This document shows positions 36,501 through 52,638 of a stretch of DNA of 64,000 nucleotides, piece by piece. Both the position numbers and the translations under genes were made by a program. Source of the DNA: Ramazzottius varieornatus. Taxonomy: Eukaryota; Animalia; Tardigrada. How positions within the stretch are numbered: the stretch's first letter is position 1; every line of letters starts with the position of its first letter. A model generated the notes under the pieces. That model ran no database searches and had not been told where the DNA came from. It saw only the letters and a list, made by a program, of their open reading frames with translations. Location of the stretch: NCBI GenBank assembly GCA_001949185.1, contig BDGG01000014.1, positions 1,271,378 through 1,335,377 on the forward strand, in the 5' to 3' direction.

Positions 36501-39500
36501 TATCGCACTAACTGCCAATGGCTCGCCATCGTCTGACAGCCTTGACGGCAAAAAGGCTAACTTGGCTGTGATGATGGCATAACGCCCTCTTGAAAGTCCC
36601 CTTAGCCTGTCATGAAACCCTGGCTGATGTGCACTTTGGCAGCGTTGAGTAAGGCGAAAGGGAATAGGAAGGGGAAAGAATGGCCAATACCCATGAGGCT
36701 GACTCGAGCTCTCATCACAATCACATCACGCAAACTAACTTATACCCTCACACGTCCAATGCTCATCAACGCCTCGTCTAATACTGCGCTTTTCTTTCTG
36801 AACTTTTCATCGCTTCTGTTTTTCTCAAGACCAACTTTCCTCTTGTTTTTGTGATGGAGTGATGAAAAGGCCGATACTTCGTTCTATGTTGAGCTCCTTG
36901 CCATGCCCAAACAAAGCTGTAAGAGGGGAAGTGTGGATAATGAGTGGGCAAAATGTTAAATGGGGCAGGCTGGAGGGGAGTAATCATCATGGGAGCTTGA
37001 TATGATATATGACAGCTCGTCTTTCCGTCGGTCGAGTCGAGCTTGAGCTCGGCTATCAAGACCGCGTATTTATCCAGTGATCGATATTCGGTAATATAAT
37101 ATGCAGCCACTTTGGCGCGTTGTCCGACAAAGTTAGGACCGTTTACTGTGCCGAGTCAGCATAATAAAGACTAGCTAGCTGCCTTTTATACATTCTTGAC
37201 ACCCTTGCTCATCCTTTACGGCTTGATTGCAAAGTCAGCTCAGACCATAGACAGCCGTTTGAATGATTCGTTGCCTGTGAGGATCGGACACTCTTTCTGT
37301 CTTGGCCATTGAGGCTTTTAATCGAGGAGTTGGCTGATTTGGGAGGTCTGCCAGCTTGAGAGGAAGAAGGGTCCCCTGTTACGTAAGTTGAGATGACAGG
37401 CTGCAAAAGGTCTTTTGAGGCTGCTTAATGGACGTAATGGCGCTTTGTTATGGAAGCCAATACATCAATAGCCGCTCTGGTCGGGATCATTGAAACGGAA
37501 GAGGAAGAAATGACTATTTTCTTAAGCAAGTAGAGACGCTTTCGGTGAGGGGCCGATGGTGAAAGAGATAGGCTTGTTTGTCCTTTGTGCGGCTGTGCAG
37601 CGCGGACAGAAGGCTGGCCATGGCTGATTAGGCCGCTTAATTCGCGCTGCAAGCTCGTTTCATGCCGCGCACTTAATATTCCGCGTCTCGCTGATTGCAA
37701 ATGATTATAAGGCTCAGCGGGACGTCCTTCATACTTTGGGCAGGCCGTTTAATCAGCCACCTTAATTCCTATCACGGCCATCCCACCAACAAATTAAACA
37801 CAAGCCTCCTGTCACTCCTTCCCTGCATTACACCTTATGAGATTGATTTCACCGAATGAAATCAGGAATGAAAATACGGACCAAAGACTACCTAGTTGCC
37901 GTACGATGTCTCCCAGTCTTATACTTGCTGCGTTTTTACCTAGATCATTTCCGCGCAAGATACAGCGGTTACGGATGATTAATATTGGCATGGTGATTCA
38001 GAGATGGGAACTGTAGTGTGAATGGCCTCGACGGTTCATGTTGACGTCGATCGTGGTTTCAGCTACTTAGGTGTGCGCAAACATGGCGGCAGGCCGTCTC
38101 CAAGCATCACTGCATATTCATATGGCGGTTTTACACAGCGAGTTTGTACTTTGAAGAGGACGAGGCAGTATAGGCATAGCATTTAATTTGGAGAGACAAG
38201 TACCAGCTAGTTGGCAAGACAAGAGGTATTAACAAGTTTGCAGTGCCATGATGAGAGGCGCACCGACAATAAGGTCATGTAAATCATCCTTGAAGGTAGC
38301 GCAGTACTCGGAGCTGCCCTTCTGTCAAGTGGCCTGATGGACATTATCTCGGCCGTCGCGTCATCCGTCTCATCCCATTAACTCTGTAACCAGTTATCCC
38401 CTCCCGCAGGTCCACTTATATCGTACCTGGCTGTACGGCACAGATTATCGGTGGAGGGACGGCTAGCGTAAATCTTGTGCCGCCACTAAAGTTAAGCACT
38501 AGATCGCATCTGAAGAGGCCAGCCGCATAGATAATAGATTATTCTACCTAAGCTGTTTGTGCTGCGGCCCCTAATGCCCTGTGTACCGTATACAAAAGGA
38601 GCCTGTAATTATCATAGTCGAGAGCCGTGTTGTTTTTTGTCCGCGCTAATTCCTAATGAGATTATGGCCTGTCTGCATGCTGCCCCTGATGTATGCAATT
38701 ACCCATCAATCGTCGCGTCGAAAGCGCCGAAGGTTCTCCAGGTTCTCCGTTCAGCGTCAGGTTATTCTCCAACATTGGCGCGTACACACTTTCTCGAAGG
38801 ATGTATACTAGTGTTTGTTGTTAATGAGGAATGAAATCTGGGCAAGCTTCGGCATGGAATAGAGACAAGTGTGCAACGGCGGCGGCCTCTTTACTTGGCG
38901 AAGTATACTCGAGCTGATGGCAGAGCAGCGGCGGCCATGTGTTTCGGTCGAGAGAGAGAAGAGCAGCGATATTGAATGTTAATGGTGGAAGGAAATCAGT
39001 TGGAGCAGGCGCGCAAGCCTAGATTGAGCGTGAAATCGATGCTGACGGCTTAGAGCTATTGCATACTTCATCAACCTATACTTAGCGGATATAATTTCCG
39101 GTTACTTGTGTCAACTATGGCCACAGTCACTGGCGTTTCCAATTGCTTTTCTTTCTCTCTTTAGGCATTAGCTGAGGTCGATTGGCCGCGCTCATTCTCC
39201 ACCATGGATATTGAGTGTCGACAAGCCGGCAACGCAAATGGTGTGATAAGCAAGGGTCTTTTAGGCACTGGCACACTGCCATTATCCCTGTCAGCCATAC
39301 GCGCGCACCTAGCCATTAGCACCGCAAAGATGAACATAACAATTGCTGCACCACTGACAAATAAGCAACATGTTTTTGATATTTCCAATATCCTTGTTGC
39401 TTGGCTGGTCTTTCGTCCATCGTGGTATATGCGCCGTAGCCCAGGGCCTGCAGGTTACGACTGTCTTCTCGTCTACTCAGGAGAGATATCGCTGTCTATC

Positions 39501-41916
39501 ATCAGCAAGAGCATCTTTCACCTTTCCATACAATACAACGGTCTGCCCGTCTACAGACCAGCGTCGTCGTAAACACCGCCGGAAATAATTGACGCTTCAT
39601 TGATACATACTACGTCTAGTCAGGTCTTTGTTCAGTCTATATGACGTATACGGATCACGATGAAAGTTTTGACTTTGGCGAAATTCAGTGCACATAGTAC
39701 GTAGGGCCTCATTCGAAGGAAATGAAGTACGTATCAGGTCAGGAGCGACAGTGTTCCGCTTTTGAATGCGACTTTTAGTTGGAGGAATGTGCACAAGCGC
39801 GTAAAGCTGCCGACAGATTGATTGGATGGAGCTTCCTTAGTGATGATTGTGTATTGGCGCGAGCTAAGCTGTTGCTTGATATGGGCCTCCAAGCCGCTGT
39901 CGGTCGAATGAAATCTGGCGGTATGGGAAGCTTATGAGGAACTGAGCAAAAGTATGCATAGTATGGTGGTACGTCAATGTATGCTGAGCTGGTTGGGCAG
40001 GTTAATCCTCTTTCGGCAAGCGGCACCGCAATGGTGTTAACGGTCTGCGCCGTCAAGATTATTCCATAAACACAACTGGCTTATGCTTCCTTGATGCCAT
40101 TGTTTGTCGCCTTCAGATCGACATTTAGCTCCTTTGGCATTTCTCTGTCGCCGCTCTGTCAGCGTCCGCCTTTTTCTGCACCAGTCTGAAGGCGACTACT
40201 GGGTAGCATATCTTCTTGTTTCCAACGGACTGTAACTATCAGGGTTACGCTATTGCTGTTTTCCCTTTCCTATCGTGACTAGTCAAATTTATCAATATAT
40301 ATGGACCTTGGCTCGAAATGCTCAGAAGGTGAGGTAGGTGGCCAAGGTGGTAGTTCGTGCTTGTGCAAGGTCTTTCCTCGTCGATCTTCAGGAGCCAAAG
40401 GACTGCGGATGACGGCAGTATCCATTGTGGCAGGGTGATGGACAGCTAGCCCCCGAGGTCTCCATGTTCCATGATGGGAAAGGCGCTGACAGCAGGTAGC
40501 GCCGTGATTGTTTGGTAATTTCACTTTTGCCCGTCATGGCGCCAGAGAATGATGGACTGATGGAGCAGGTTCCGTTGCATGGTTGGAAGTGTAGTATGGC
40601 AGGTTAGATGTGTAGATATGGACTTGACGGTTGGTCAAGATGCGTGGATGGACGATATGGGTACGGGCATAACAAGCTGTCAATTGGCGGGTAAAAAGCC
40701 ATCCATCAAATAATTACGGCCATAAAGTATGCCTAATGGAGGGAGACAGACCTGCTGCTGCTATCATGGCCCACTACATCATGATCAGCTTGCCCAACGC
40801 CAACCTTCTCCTTAGGCGGCACAGCTAGCCATCTTGAATTAACCAAGCACTATTGCTACCTGCCCTTACTTTAAACACTTTAGTTTCGGCCCAAGAATGT
40901 CCGATACATTCTGCACCTGGTGGATGTCGTGACGATTTGTCGAGCTGGTGAAGGTCTTCGATCCTTGTAGAGAAGGTGACGGCCAAACGCCCTCTGTTGG
41001 TACAAGTGGAGGGTTCTCACATTCCTGGCTGTGATTTGGTTGGTAAAGTCCATGAATGGATGTCAGCGAGACGCCTTCGACAAGCTGTTTGCGTTCCGGA
41101 ATGAAGAGAAGATTGGGCCGGCTTTGGAATAGAGCTGGTTGACTAACTTACGTTTGATGACTGATGCATCCTGCTGCTCACGTCATCTTGTGGACACTGA
41201 CGACGTCGACGTTACGGAAGGAAGATAAAGTGGCGTAGGTGCGCTCTTGTCCATGCCTGTCACATTCTATTTAAAGTCTCCCTGCTATCTGCACTTGAGC
41301 CTTCTAGGGATCCGCCAATCAAGTCTTTGGTCGTGGACGCTAAAAAGGAAAGAAGACGCCGTGAGATAATGCTGCAAGGCCCTTGATTTTCGCTCTTTGT
41401 AAAGTCAAGGCAGATATGATGGATTCGTAGTCCGCTTAGGTGTGGCATGCGACAGTGACAGTGTCTTTCCCCTCTTCTTCTTCAATCCTCATCCATCATT
41501 CCTAGTGCCACTTAATGACGCTGTCTGCAGCGAGGGCTGAGAGTCCGGACAGGATTCACTGCAACCTGCAAAGATCTCCCGCATTGCTGCCAACCCTCAA
41601 CGCCTTAGCGTTTATCCCTTTGGCTCATCTTCACATACCTGATCATGACCTGGGTCATCACTCTCGACTGAGTACCGTTTACATGTATGTCCTCGAAGCC
41701 ACCAGGTGAACAGCAAGTCGGACAGGGTTTTACACAGTGCTCATTAATGACTGCTCGTATCAGTACCAGTAGCTACAGTATATCATACCAAACTTTAGCA
41801 AACAAACACTCACCAAAAAATAGTGGAATCATGTTACTAGTGGCTGAAAATGAGGTGTCGCTTGTCAGGGAACAGAAAAGGCGCAACCGTCGTCTTTCAG
41901 GGAATAGTGTTGTGAG

Positions 41917-43659
41917 TTAGGTTTTGTCTAGTCGGAACATCTTCTTAAACGCTTGGCGGAAGTCAGGCGAGAAGATGGTATAGATGAAGGGGTTAAGGGT
42001 GGAGTTGGCATAGCCTAGCCAAAGGAAAAAGGACTCGGTGGTGTGGGAGACTTGGCAGGAAGCTTCGCAGATGGGCCGTATAATTGCATAAAGGAAGAAT
42101 GGCAGCCAGCAGACGATAAATGACAAGGTGATGACGGCCAAGGTTGTGGCGGCCTTCTTTTCTCGTTTGAGTAGAGTCCGGTGTCGGGCTGCCAGTGAAC
42201 CTGATAGCTTCTTGGCCAGTTTGGCAGGACGACGTGGCGGTGAACGCTTGGTGTCGGCGTGGACGGGCTTTGTCTTTGCTGCTGTACCATTGTGTTTCGT
42301 CGGGCTGTCCACCAGGGCTGTTTCGTGTTCACTGGAGGTTCTGGCTTCCGGACTTCCGTCCATGTGGCTTGTACAGTCTGCAGCATATGCGGCCTCATTT
42401 ACAGCTAGTGAGTCATGTTTGACAGCTGCTGGGTTCTCTGTTATGGTTGACAGCATGATCTGCTGATTTTCGGCAGGGTCCTCACCGCGTCCAGATTTCT
42501 TATGGCCACTTCTAGTTCCTCGAGGAGGAGGATGTGTAGGTCGAAATTGCGAAGTCCAGCGAGAACCCGGACGAAAGCAGGACCACAGCCGTCCACTAGG
42601 ACGAATGCTGCCGTAGCTGCTGTGGGAGTGAAGAGAGTGACGGCCGCTAGGTGTCGCTGGCGGCGTCGATTCCGGCACTGAAGGCTGTAGGCTGGCTGTC
42701 GAGGACTGTCCACTGGCATTTTGGTCCTTCTCCGTTTTGGCAATCTCGTATAAAGTACTGTGCAGCGTCTGGTCCATTCGCTTCCGAACACGGCTTCGTG
42801 TTTGACGGAAGATGAGCCCGTACAAGACCAGTATTCCAGAGAGAGGTGCGTAAAAGGCCATCGTTGTACCTGCCGAAGAAGGAGCCGTGGATTATTATGC
42901 TTTGGTTTGATGGAGTACCCAAACCGAAAACATAGAGTACCAACCAAAAATCTGAAAGGACAGATCTTGAGAAACCAAGCAGGCTCCTTCCTCAATTCTT
43001 TGGTAATACTGGTCGTCCCTCCAGCCCAGAGCGGGACCCACCGCCAAAACCTGCAAAAAGGGAGACATCGTGAGGTATTCAAGCGATGCAGGTAGTAGTG
43101 GGGTTCGCTCGTACCAGCGACATGAACCAGATGAGGGCCAGGACGATGTACATTAAGCGAACGCTTCTTCCTTGAATATAGCGGACGTTGGTGATGGAAA
43201 AGTAGCGGTCCATGGCAATGGCCACTAAATGCAAAATGGAAGCCGTACAGAGGCACACATCCAGCACTGTCCAGATATGACAAGGGATTGCTCCCAGTGT
43301 CCAGGCACCGAAGAAATCGTTGGTAGCGGCGAAAGGCATTACCTGACAATTCAAGAACAAGTCTGACGTGCGTTTCCGGTCCGTCTTAACGCGAAGGTGA
43401 GGCCACTTACGGTAAGGCCGACTAACATGTCGGCTATAGCCACCGATACGATCAGTGTATACTGGGGTGCTTGAAGAGCTTTGGATTGGTAGACCGCCAC
43501 CACCACACAGATATTACCGCCAACGGTAATGATCATCAGCAGGACGCATAGAAGGAGGTTGATGATGGCGCCAGTTGTTGGGGGAAGTCCCAGCCCTGCT
43601 CCTACGATGTCTTCCCTCTGCGTCACATTGATTAAGACGCTTGTCGAGCTTTCTTCCAT
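41917..43659 (-). CDS. 5-HT1: Serotonin receptor, 5-HT1-type class A GPCR, 511 aa, 4 coding exons
   Basis: Exons 43659-43411, 43342-43115, 43050-42945 and 42869-41917. TM3 Asp in LDVCLCTASILHLVAIAMDRY; GWRDDQYYQRIEEGACLVSQD; KREKKAATTL; CWLPFF; LWLGYANSTLNPFIYTIFSPDFRQAF. These resemble invertebrate 5-HT1. Confidence 0.85.
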
Positions 43660-46600
43660 CTTTGCAGGCTTTTGCCTCTTTACTGAGGAAGGAGGAAGCT
43701 CATGTAATAGCCATATGACACCGTCAGTCTTTGAAGATCCTGCGGGAAAGAAGAGCACATTTTAAAAATGGGAATCTACCATTAAAATACTCGCCATATC
43801 AGGTTACTCCTTGTATGATTAAGTAGCGGACTTTGTCGCATAGATTTATCGCTAGCTATTTGGCCAGAGTTCACTCTCAAGCCCAGTTGGGCATTACTTT
43901 ACCATCGATTGACAAGACATTTCCAGTTGAATCATTGATAATCAAGTGCCAGTCTAAGCGTCAATGAAGAAAAGTGACTGTCAGGGGACTAGTGTCTTCA
44001 TGGGCAAGACTTATCGACGCCTCCTGCCGGAAACCTGGCTCTTCCTGTGCCATAGTCCTCTAAACAAGCAAAGCCCGCTTTGTTTATACAATATGCGCCT
44101 CGATGTCGAACATTATGCACGAAGAAACCGATCGTTACGGAGAAGGCAACATTCTATGTACCGACCAGGTTGAAGTCCCTGTGGCTGACTTCAATCTAGC
44201 ATTGTCAATAACATATCGGGCAAAATTCTGTTATAAGTGCAGCTGTCTGTTCTTTGACCAATCGGACTGTCAAACTATTACAGTGAAAGCGCTTAGAAGG
44301 TGCTGATTTTATCGACCTTTGATGTACTTATTGCGCCGCCACCTTCGACTTCTACGGGAATGCTAGGTTTCTCCCCGCTATCACGCGGGTCGCCGCGGCC
44401 CTCTGGGAATAGTTTTCAGCTTCAATCGATGCTTCGTTACAAGACTAAGTGATGGAGTTCGTCTCCATCTGCATGCTGAGCAGCCATTGAGGTTATCTGC
44501 AAGTCTCAGGTTACGTAGATCTTTATGGAGCGTACTGCCTTGCCAGCTCGTGGCTTCCTGACCTTCGACTGGAGGATCCGCAGCAGTAAATTGGGTGCTT
44601 GCTGCCAGCGACGATTTCGCTGGACGGTCCGACTAGTACTGTCGAAATGCCTTCTTTGGGCTCTAGCAAACAACTTGGGCTTGCTTAGATTGCATGTCAG
44701 TATGTGTTTTGAGCCAATAAAGGAATGATGGTAGTAGTTAGAAGACTGAGGAGCTGGAGCTAGCGCCCTGGCCATTACATGGGTAGTTTCACGCTTGCTT
44801 GCCCCGATGGATGCATTTAGATAGTTGGGACGACTTGAACAGATTGTTAACCGGCCCACAGTGTGTTACATGTTGTGGGGTGGGAAGGAATTGCCATAAG
44901 GCTACGTGGTGTAATGTAGCGTAATATGGTCTGTAGTGGGGAGGCAGTAGCAAACTGTAATTTGCTAAGGAGTTAGGCTTGGTGGCTTTGATGAATGATG
45001 CGTGTCGAGCTGGCTGGATGAGGTCGACATGGGCCTCCTTTTTCCCTCGTGCTTCGCTGATCAGCAATCCCATCCTCGCGCTGTTTCCATACTGATAACA
45101 ATGGCTGACTAGTGCAAGGCTCTTAGTTTGTAGCCATGTTCGATATCGGAGTTGTTGCTGTCTAGATGGCTGGCTGCAGCTCGGATGGTCCCTGGCAAGT
45201 ATGGTACGCTGCTATCTCGGCCACTATCGCTTGTCCAAGACCCAATCTTGCTTAACGATGGGGATAATCGGATCAATTATTAAGATTGGCCCATCTTTGG
45301 CACAGTCAGACAAAGCATGAGCATGACTATGACGGTAAAGTCTCGAAGGGCATGTCCATGCAGGCTGGGGCAAAGTGATGGATCGAGCGTGGTACTTGCT
45401 GTGAGCGCCCCTAGCTTATTCCCACCCAATGTGGCTGCCGGTCCCAGCTCTCGAGGAGTTCTCTTCGGCATATCACAGGAGTGCTTTTATTGACAAACTT
45501 ATCATGCAACTTCTCTCTTGGCTTTTAGTAGCAGTCATATTGCTTGATGTGACAAACAAGCAGCCCATTCTCCGCCAAGCCTATCCTCTTCAGCCTATAA
45601 ATCACAGCTTCTATCTCCCAAACTGCACGCCATGGCCATGCCACAAGCCTCTTATTCTTTTACGACACGACAAGCTATACCGGGAAGCAATTACATTAGG
45701 CTGACAAAAACTTGACGACAAATTGATGATCTAGACTTTGTACTAACAGCCACGGCTTCCCGGTCGGCGTCCCGCCCCCCGATAGAAACGTGTCTTCCGA
45801 TTAGGCATGGGCGGATCCAACACGCCGTCCAACATGCAAGGCATGTGCATGATAATCTGAAGGAGGGAATTCTGGGAAAGAAGTGGAGCAGTTTCCGTCG
45901 GCACTGATTAATATTGTTGATTAATCTTGCGGCGTGGGGTGCAAGAGCTCCTCGACCATGGCTCAAGTGTACACTTTGCGGATAATCTGGTGCTGCATGT
46001 TGGCAGGCCTGCGCATATGCTTGGCCAGCTGCATGTGTACACAGGGACCATCTGGCAAACCCACTTGTCGTCGCTGTGCGCGATCACTTTCCCTCTTGGC
46101 AGTAAAGTCCCCTGGCCGTTAGTTAGCCACACATTCACCTGCCTGAGGCCGCGCGACTCAAGTGTCAATTTATGCCACTGCACGCCGCAGGTGCCCACAT
46201 GAGGAAGAACACCGTCATTCTGACAGCAACGATTAGAACGGTTTCCGCTGTCACTGCCCGATCGATGAAATACGTAAGGCCAATAGTGAATATGACTGTT
46301 GGACCAAACTGGCCAACTTGACTTGGGCCTTATGGCCGGCTTTTATGGATAATTATGTTCTCTCTAATTTAAAACTCGTGTTGTCATCAGGGAAGGCAAA
46401 CACAATGACACTACTTTACTCTGTAGGCGTGAAACTGGGCCGTAACAGCTAATGGAGTCGGACACATATATATCAATGCCGGCTACTTAGTCGAAAAGTG
46501 ATGAGGATCGTAGCGACATTTTGCCGTAAAACTTCTTAGGCGCAAGGAATTTTGGCTATGCCAACGAAACGTCAAACTAATTGAGGCGTCTTCTGCTTTC

Positions 46601-47517
46601 TGAGGACGGGTGGCGAGTGAGGTCCTCCAGCTAGTTGGCACCTGTTCCCCATTACAGCATCTTTCGAGGGAAACAGGGCTAATCGATGGTAAGGCGTGAT
46701 GGAAGAGGCGCAATTTGTTAGTGGCGGATAAGCGACATGGAAGCAGAGATGATCAACTATTAATGAAGGATACTCCTTCAATCGCCCAGCATTATCGAGA
46801 TTGCTTCGTCAGCGAACTATCGGTTTCTCCCCGTGCGTTGGACCAGCGTGGTTCGCCACGCTGATTGCCAGGGGATTGTGGTTACACGGTATACCTGTCG
46901 CGTGTCCTTACAGCTATATATAAACTATTTCCATCCGTGTTTAGTAATGTCATCAGACAACTGAAGGGACATATAATATTATCTTGATGCTGAAAAATCA
47001 TCCGTCACAGAGCCTAGTCAGTTTTCGGCACGTGAGAACCTCTTTAGCAAAATTATGGCCTTTTCTTTTGAGATGAGGAACCACGCCCGAAAGCGAAGGT
47101 CAGGCTGACTGACCTCCAGCGCAAGTCAATGAGAGCAAATGGGTCACTGAAGCAATCAACCTGCATGCCTATTTCCGATAGTTGGCGACTGTAACCACTT
47201 GAAAGAAAAAGAAGCTGTCATTTCATCGTTTGTGAAAAACTCGTCCTCGCTGGTACACAATCGAAACTCCCTTCCACGGTATATAATTTTGTGTCTACTT
47301 CCCGCGTAATTCCTGCCGCTATTGTTTCATAATTAAGTAAAAGGATGTCGATAATGGAATGTTAGAGTAGCGTAAGCGGGCAATGGTCTAATGCATCAAG
47401 GAAATGCCTGTATAAGTCTGGTAGATCTGATGTAGATACATTTTGTAGGCTGCTGAACTCGAAGACACTGAACATAGGCCGCTGAATTCGAAGACATCAA
47501 GCTAGGATAGCACTTAC

Positions 47518-47953
47518 CATTTCCTGCTATAGTTAGCTCATCTCCGATTGCAACAGAAGATTAAAACTGGCATACTTGGAAGGTCGATTAGTGCGGATAC
47601 TTCATCAGATCCACATTATATATAGCCCACGTTTTGTCAGGAAGAAGATCAGGGGATAGGTTGTGGCAGGATTGCCTTCTTGTACACAGGCCTGACGCGG
47701 ATTGAGTTCTCAGCTGAGGATATTATGATGATGTTAGAAGATGGCAGATTCAAGATTGTTTATAGGTATCAGTCCCAACAAGGAAAAGTATCCGGCGAGG
47801 TAGCCGCTCCGGTTTAGCAAAGGCCGGAGAAGTCTAGCGGAAGAGGTTCAGAAGGGTAGATGCAGGGGGTTCGCCGCTGCTGAGCAGTGGTTAAGACAGT
47901 TGCCGGCCTTCAAGGTGGTTATTTGGAGAGAAGAGGCTTCAGGGACTGAGGAC
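47518..47953 (-). other. Possible non-coding 5' exon of the 5-HT1 gene
   Basis: Strong acceptor (ctcttcttctttgcag) and donor (G|GTAAGT) on the minus strand, with no long ORF between them. The first coding exon has an acceptor near 43740. Confidence 0.35.
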
Positions 47954-49387
47954 CTGCAAAGAAGAAGAGTGTTACAGATCATAGCTCTAGCGCATGTGGC
48001 CATTATGGATAGGGTGGTGGGCAACGCCAGCTGAGGCGTCAGATCATACTCTACTCTTTGGCGCTCTTCCCCTACTTCCGCACAACAAGACAGCCAAGCT
48101 GTGCATTGGCGTACCCTGTACTTTCATCGGCAGCGTATGATCTCGACCACGTGTTTTTGACTATCCACGGTTACACTGTGATGATGCTGTCTGTAATCGG
48201 GACACTTTGTAGTGTGTAACGTGGAAGCCACAAACACCGTCCTAGGTTATAGCTTGCTCACATGGTCATGGATACATGCCCATCGCACTTTTCCTCATTC
48301 CAACTTTTGCATGTCCAGTCTCTCGGTGTTGTCGCTGGCTGTTATTATCCCAGTGCTAGAGAGTGTTTTCCTCCGCGAGTATACGTGCCGGCGTCGCAGG
48401 TCATACGCACCGGAAGAATGCAAGGAATATCAAGAGAATAGAACATGAAAGGATAGCCTATTATTCACGGTTCTCGGTCTATACGAGCCTTCTGCCCCTG
48501 ATTGCTGATGGCCGTCAGATACAGTGTAGTGAGTTTGCGAACCTGACGCTTTTTAACAAACGTCTGTGAGATAATCTGGCATAAGAGCATGCGCTCTCCA
48601 TCTTGAACGATGGTGCAGGACTCTGCGGCTGACCAACGGTATATATATATTGAGCATGACGACAGCCTTATGGACGTTTGCTGGAGGGACTGGGACGTCG
48701 GAATAGCAACATAAGCACAGCTGCTGTTTCCATAAGATATCAGAGGAGTGATAAAGAGCTGTGAGAGGTCCTTGGGGACCTTGACAATTGCTCTGTCAAC
48801 GTCGATTGACTTGCTCAAATACCAACTCTGTTGTGGCGGGAACCCTCATTTAATCTCATCAGCGTGTGACGTCCAATGAGGTACCATTAGCACACTACCG
48901 TGACCTGTACCTGCGCCCTCACTGCACTGCACAGTACATACACTGTTCTTGCCGATAACGAGTTGCTTCTTTCAAAGTAGGGATAAGCACTCATCACCGG
49001 ATGTGGAACATTACGCCGACCGGTCCGACGGACAAACAGTGCCTGGCTTAATCTTCATTAAGGAAGAAAACTTTGATCTTTTCGCCAGTTCCATCACTCG
49101 AAAAGCCCGACAAGCTACACACAGTCGCGCTCCGTCTACGTAGTGCTATTTAGGCTAAAAAAGACTTGTTAGTTGGATAAAACTATTATTGATTAAAGGG
49201 TAAAAGCCACAAGCCGTAAAGGTCTGGGAAAATCATCATAAAGTCTACTGTCACATGACAATCTCTGGCCTGCCGACAATGCAAGGTAGAATTTAAAGGT
49301 ACCAAGGGAAAAGGTAAAAAGAGGGGTGGACTGTACAGAAAGAAAGAGAGTCATGACCAGCCGACGATGGACTTCAGCACATGACGA

Positions 49388-52073
<2,686 letters not shown>

Positions 52074-52638
52074 GATGCCTCTCCAGGCCGCACTGCAAAG
52101 AATACGACGAGAAGAACGCAGCAGAACAAAAACTAGATCAGAACTAGAGCAGTGAAAGTACTCAGTCCGTAAAATAAAATGAAATAAACTTAGAAATTAG
52201 AATCCGATCGCGTAACTTGGGTATGACTCATGCTGAGTATGCGCTGTGCATATCAGGTGTACAGCACAGTGGAATAGCTCTTGATTCTTGAGCTCTTGAT
52301 CAGCTGATTTGCTGCATCATAATTTTCATAAATGATAAATTCCATAAACTGGTTTTTCCCCCGAACTCTGCCTGAAGCATTCCTTTCGGAAGCTTTTCTC
52401 TTCTTCGTCTTCCAAAGTGGATAATCGCTTCGAAACTCTGCTGAGCAATACATCTGGATCCCCCATCGACAACAAGTGAGTGGTGAGTTGGTCTTTGCTG
52501 CAGAGGGGTGGTGGTTACGTTGACCGCTTTGTTGTCATTTTAGAAGCCATGTAGTAAAGCGAAAGGTGGGAAAGAACCGGATACGGAAGTACCGTTACTT
52601 ATCGACGATAAGGAAAGAGCTCACCTCCGGTCGAAAGG
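52074..52638. promoter_or_regulatory. Bidirectional promoter region between fem-1 and VPS13
   Basis: Divergent start codons 565 bp apart; CGGAAGT near 52584. Confidence 0.55.

Noticed and set aside
31186-41709. Scattered 60-127 aa ORFs in the Irx upstream region
   Set aside because: No domain similarity, coding-like composition or coherent exon chain.
47446-47497. 22-bp imperfect direct repeat (taggc.gctgaa.tcgaagaca x2)
   Set aside because: Only two units and no other copies seen; probably a local duplication.
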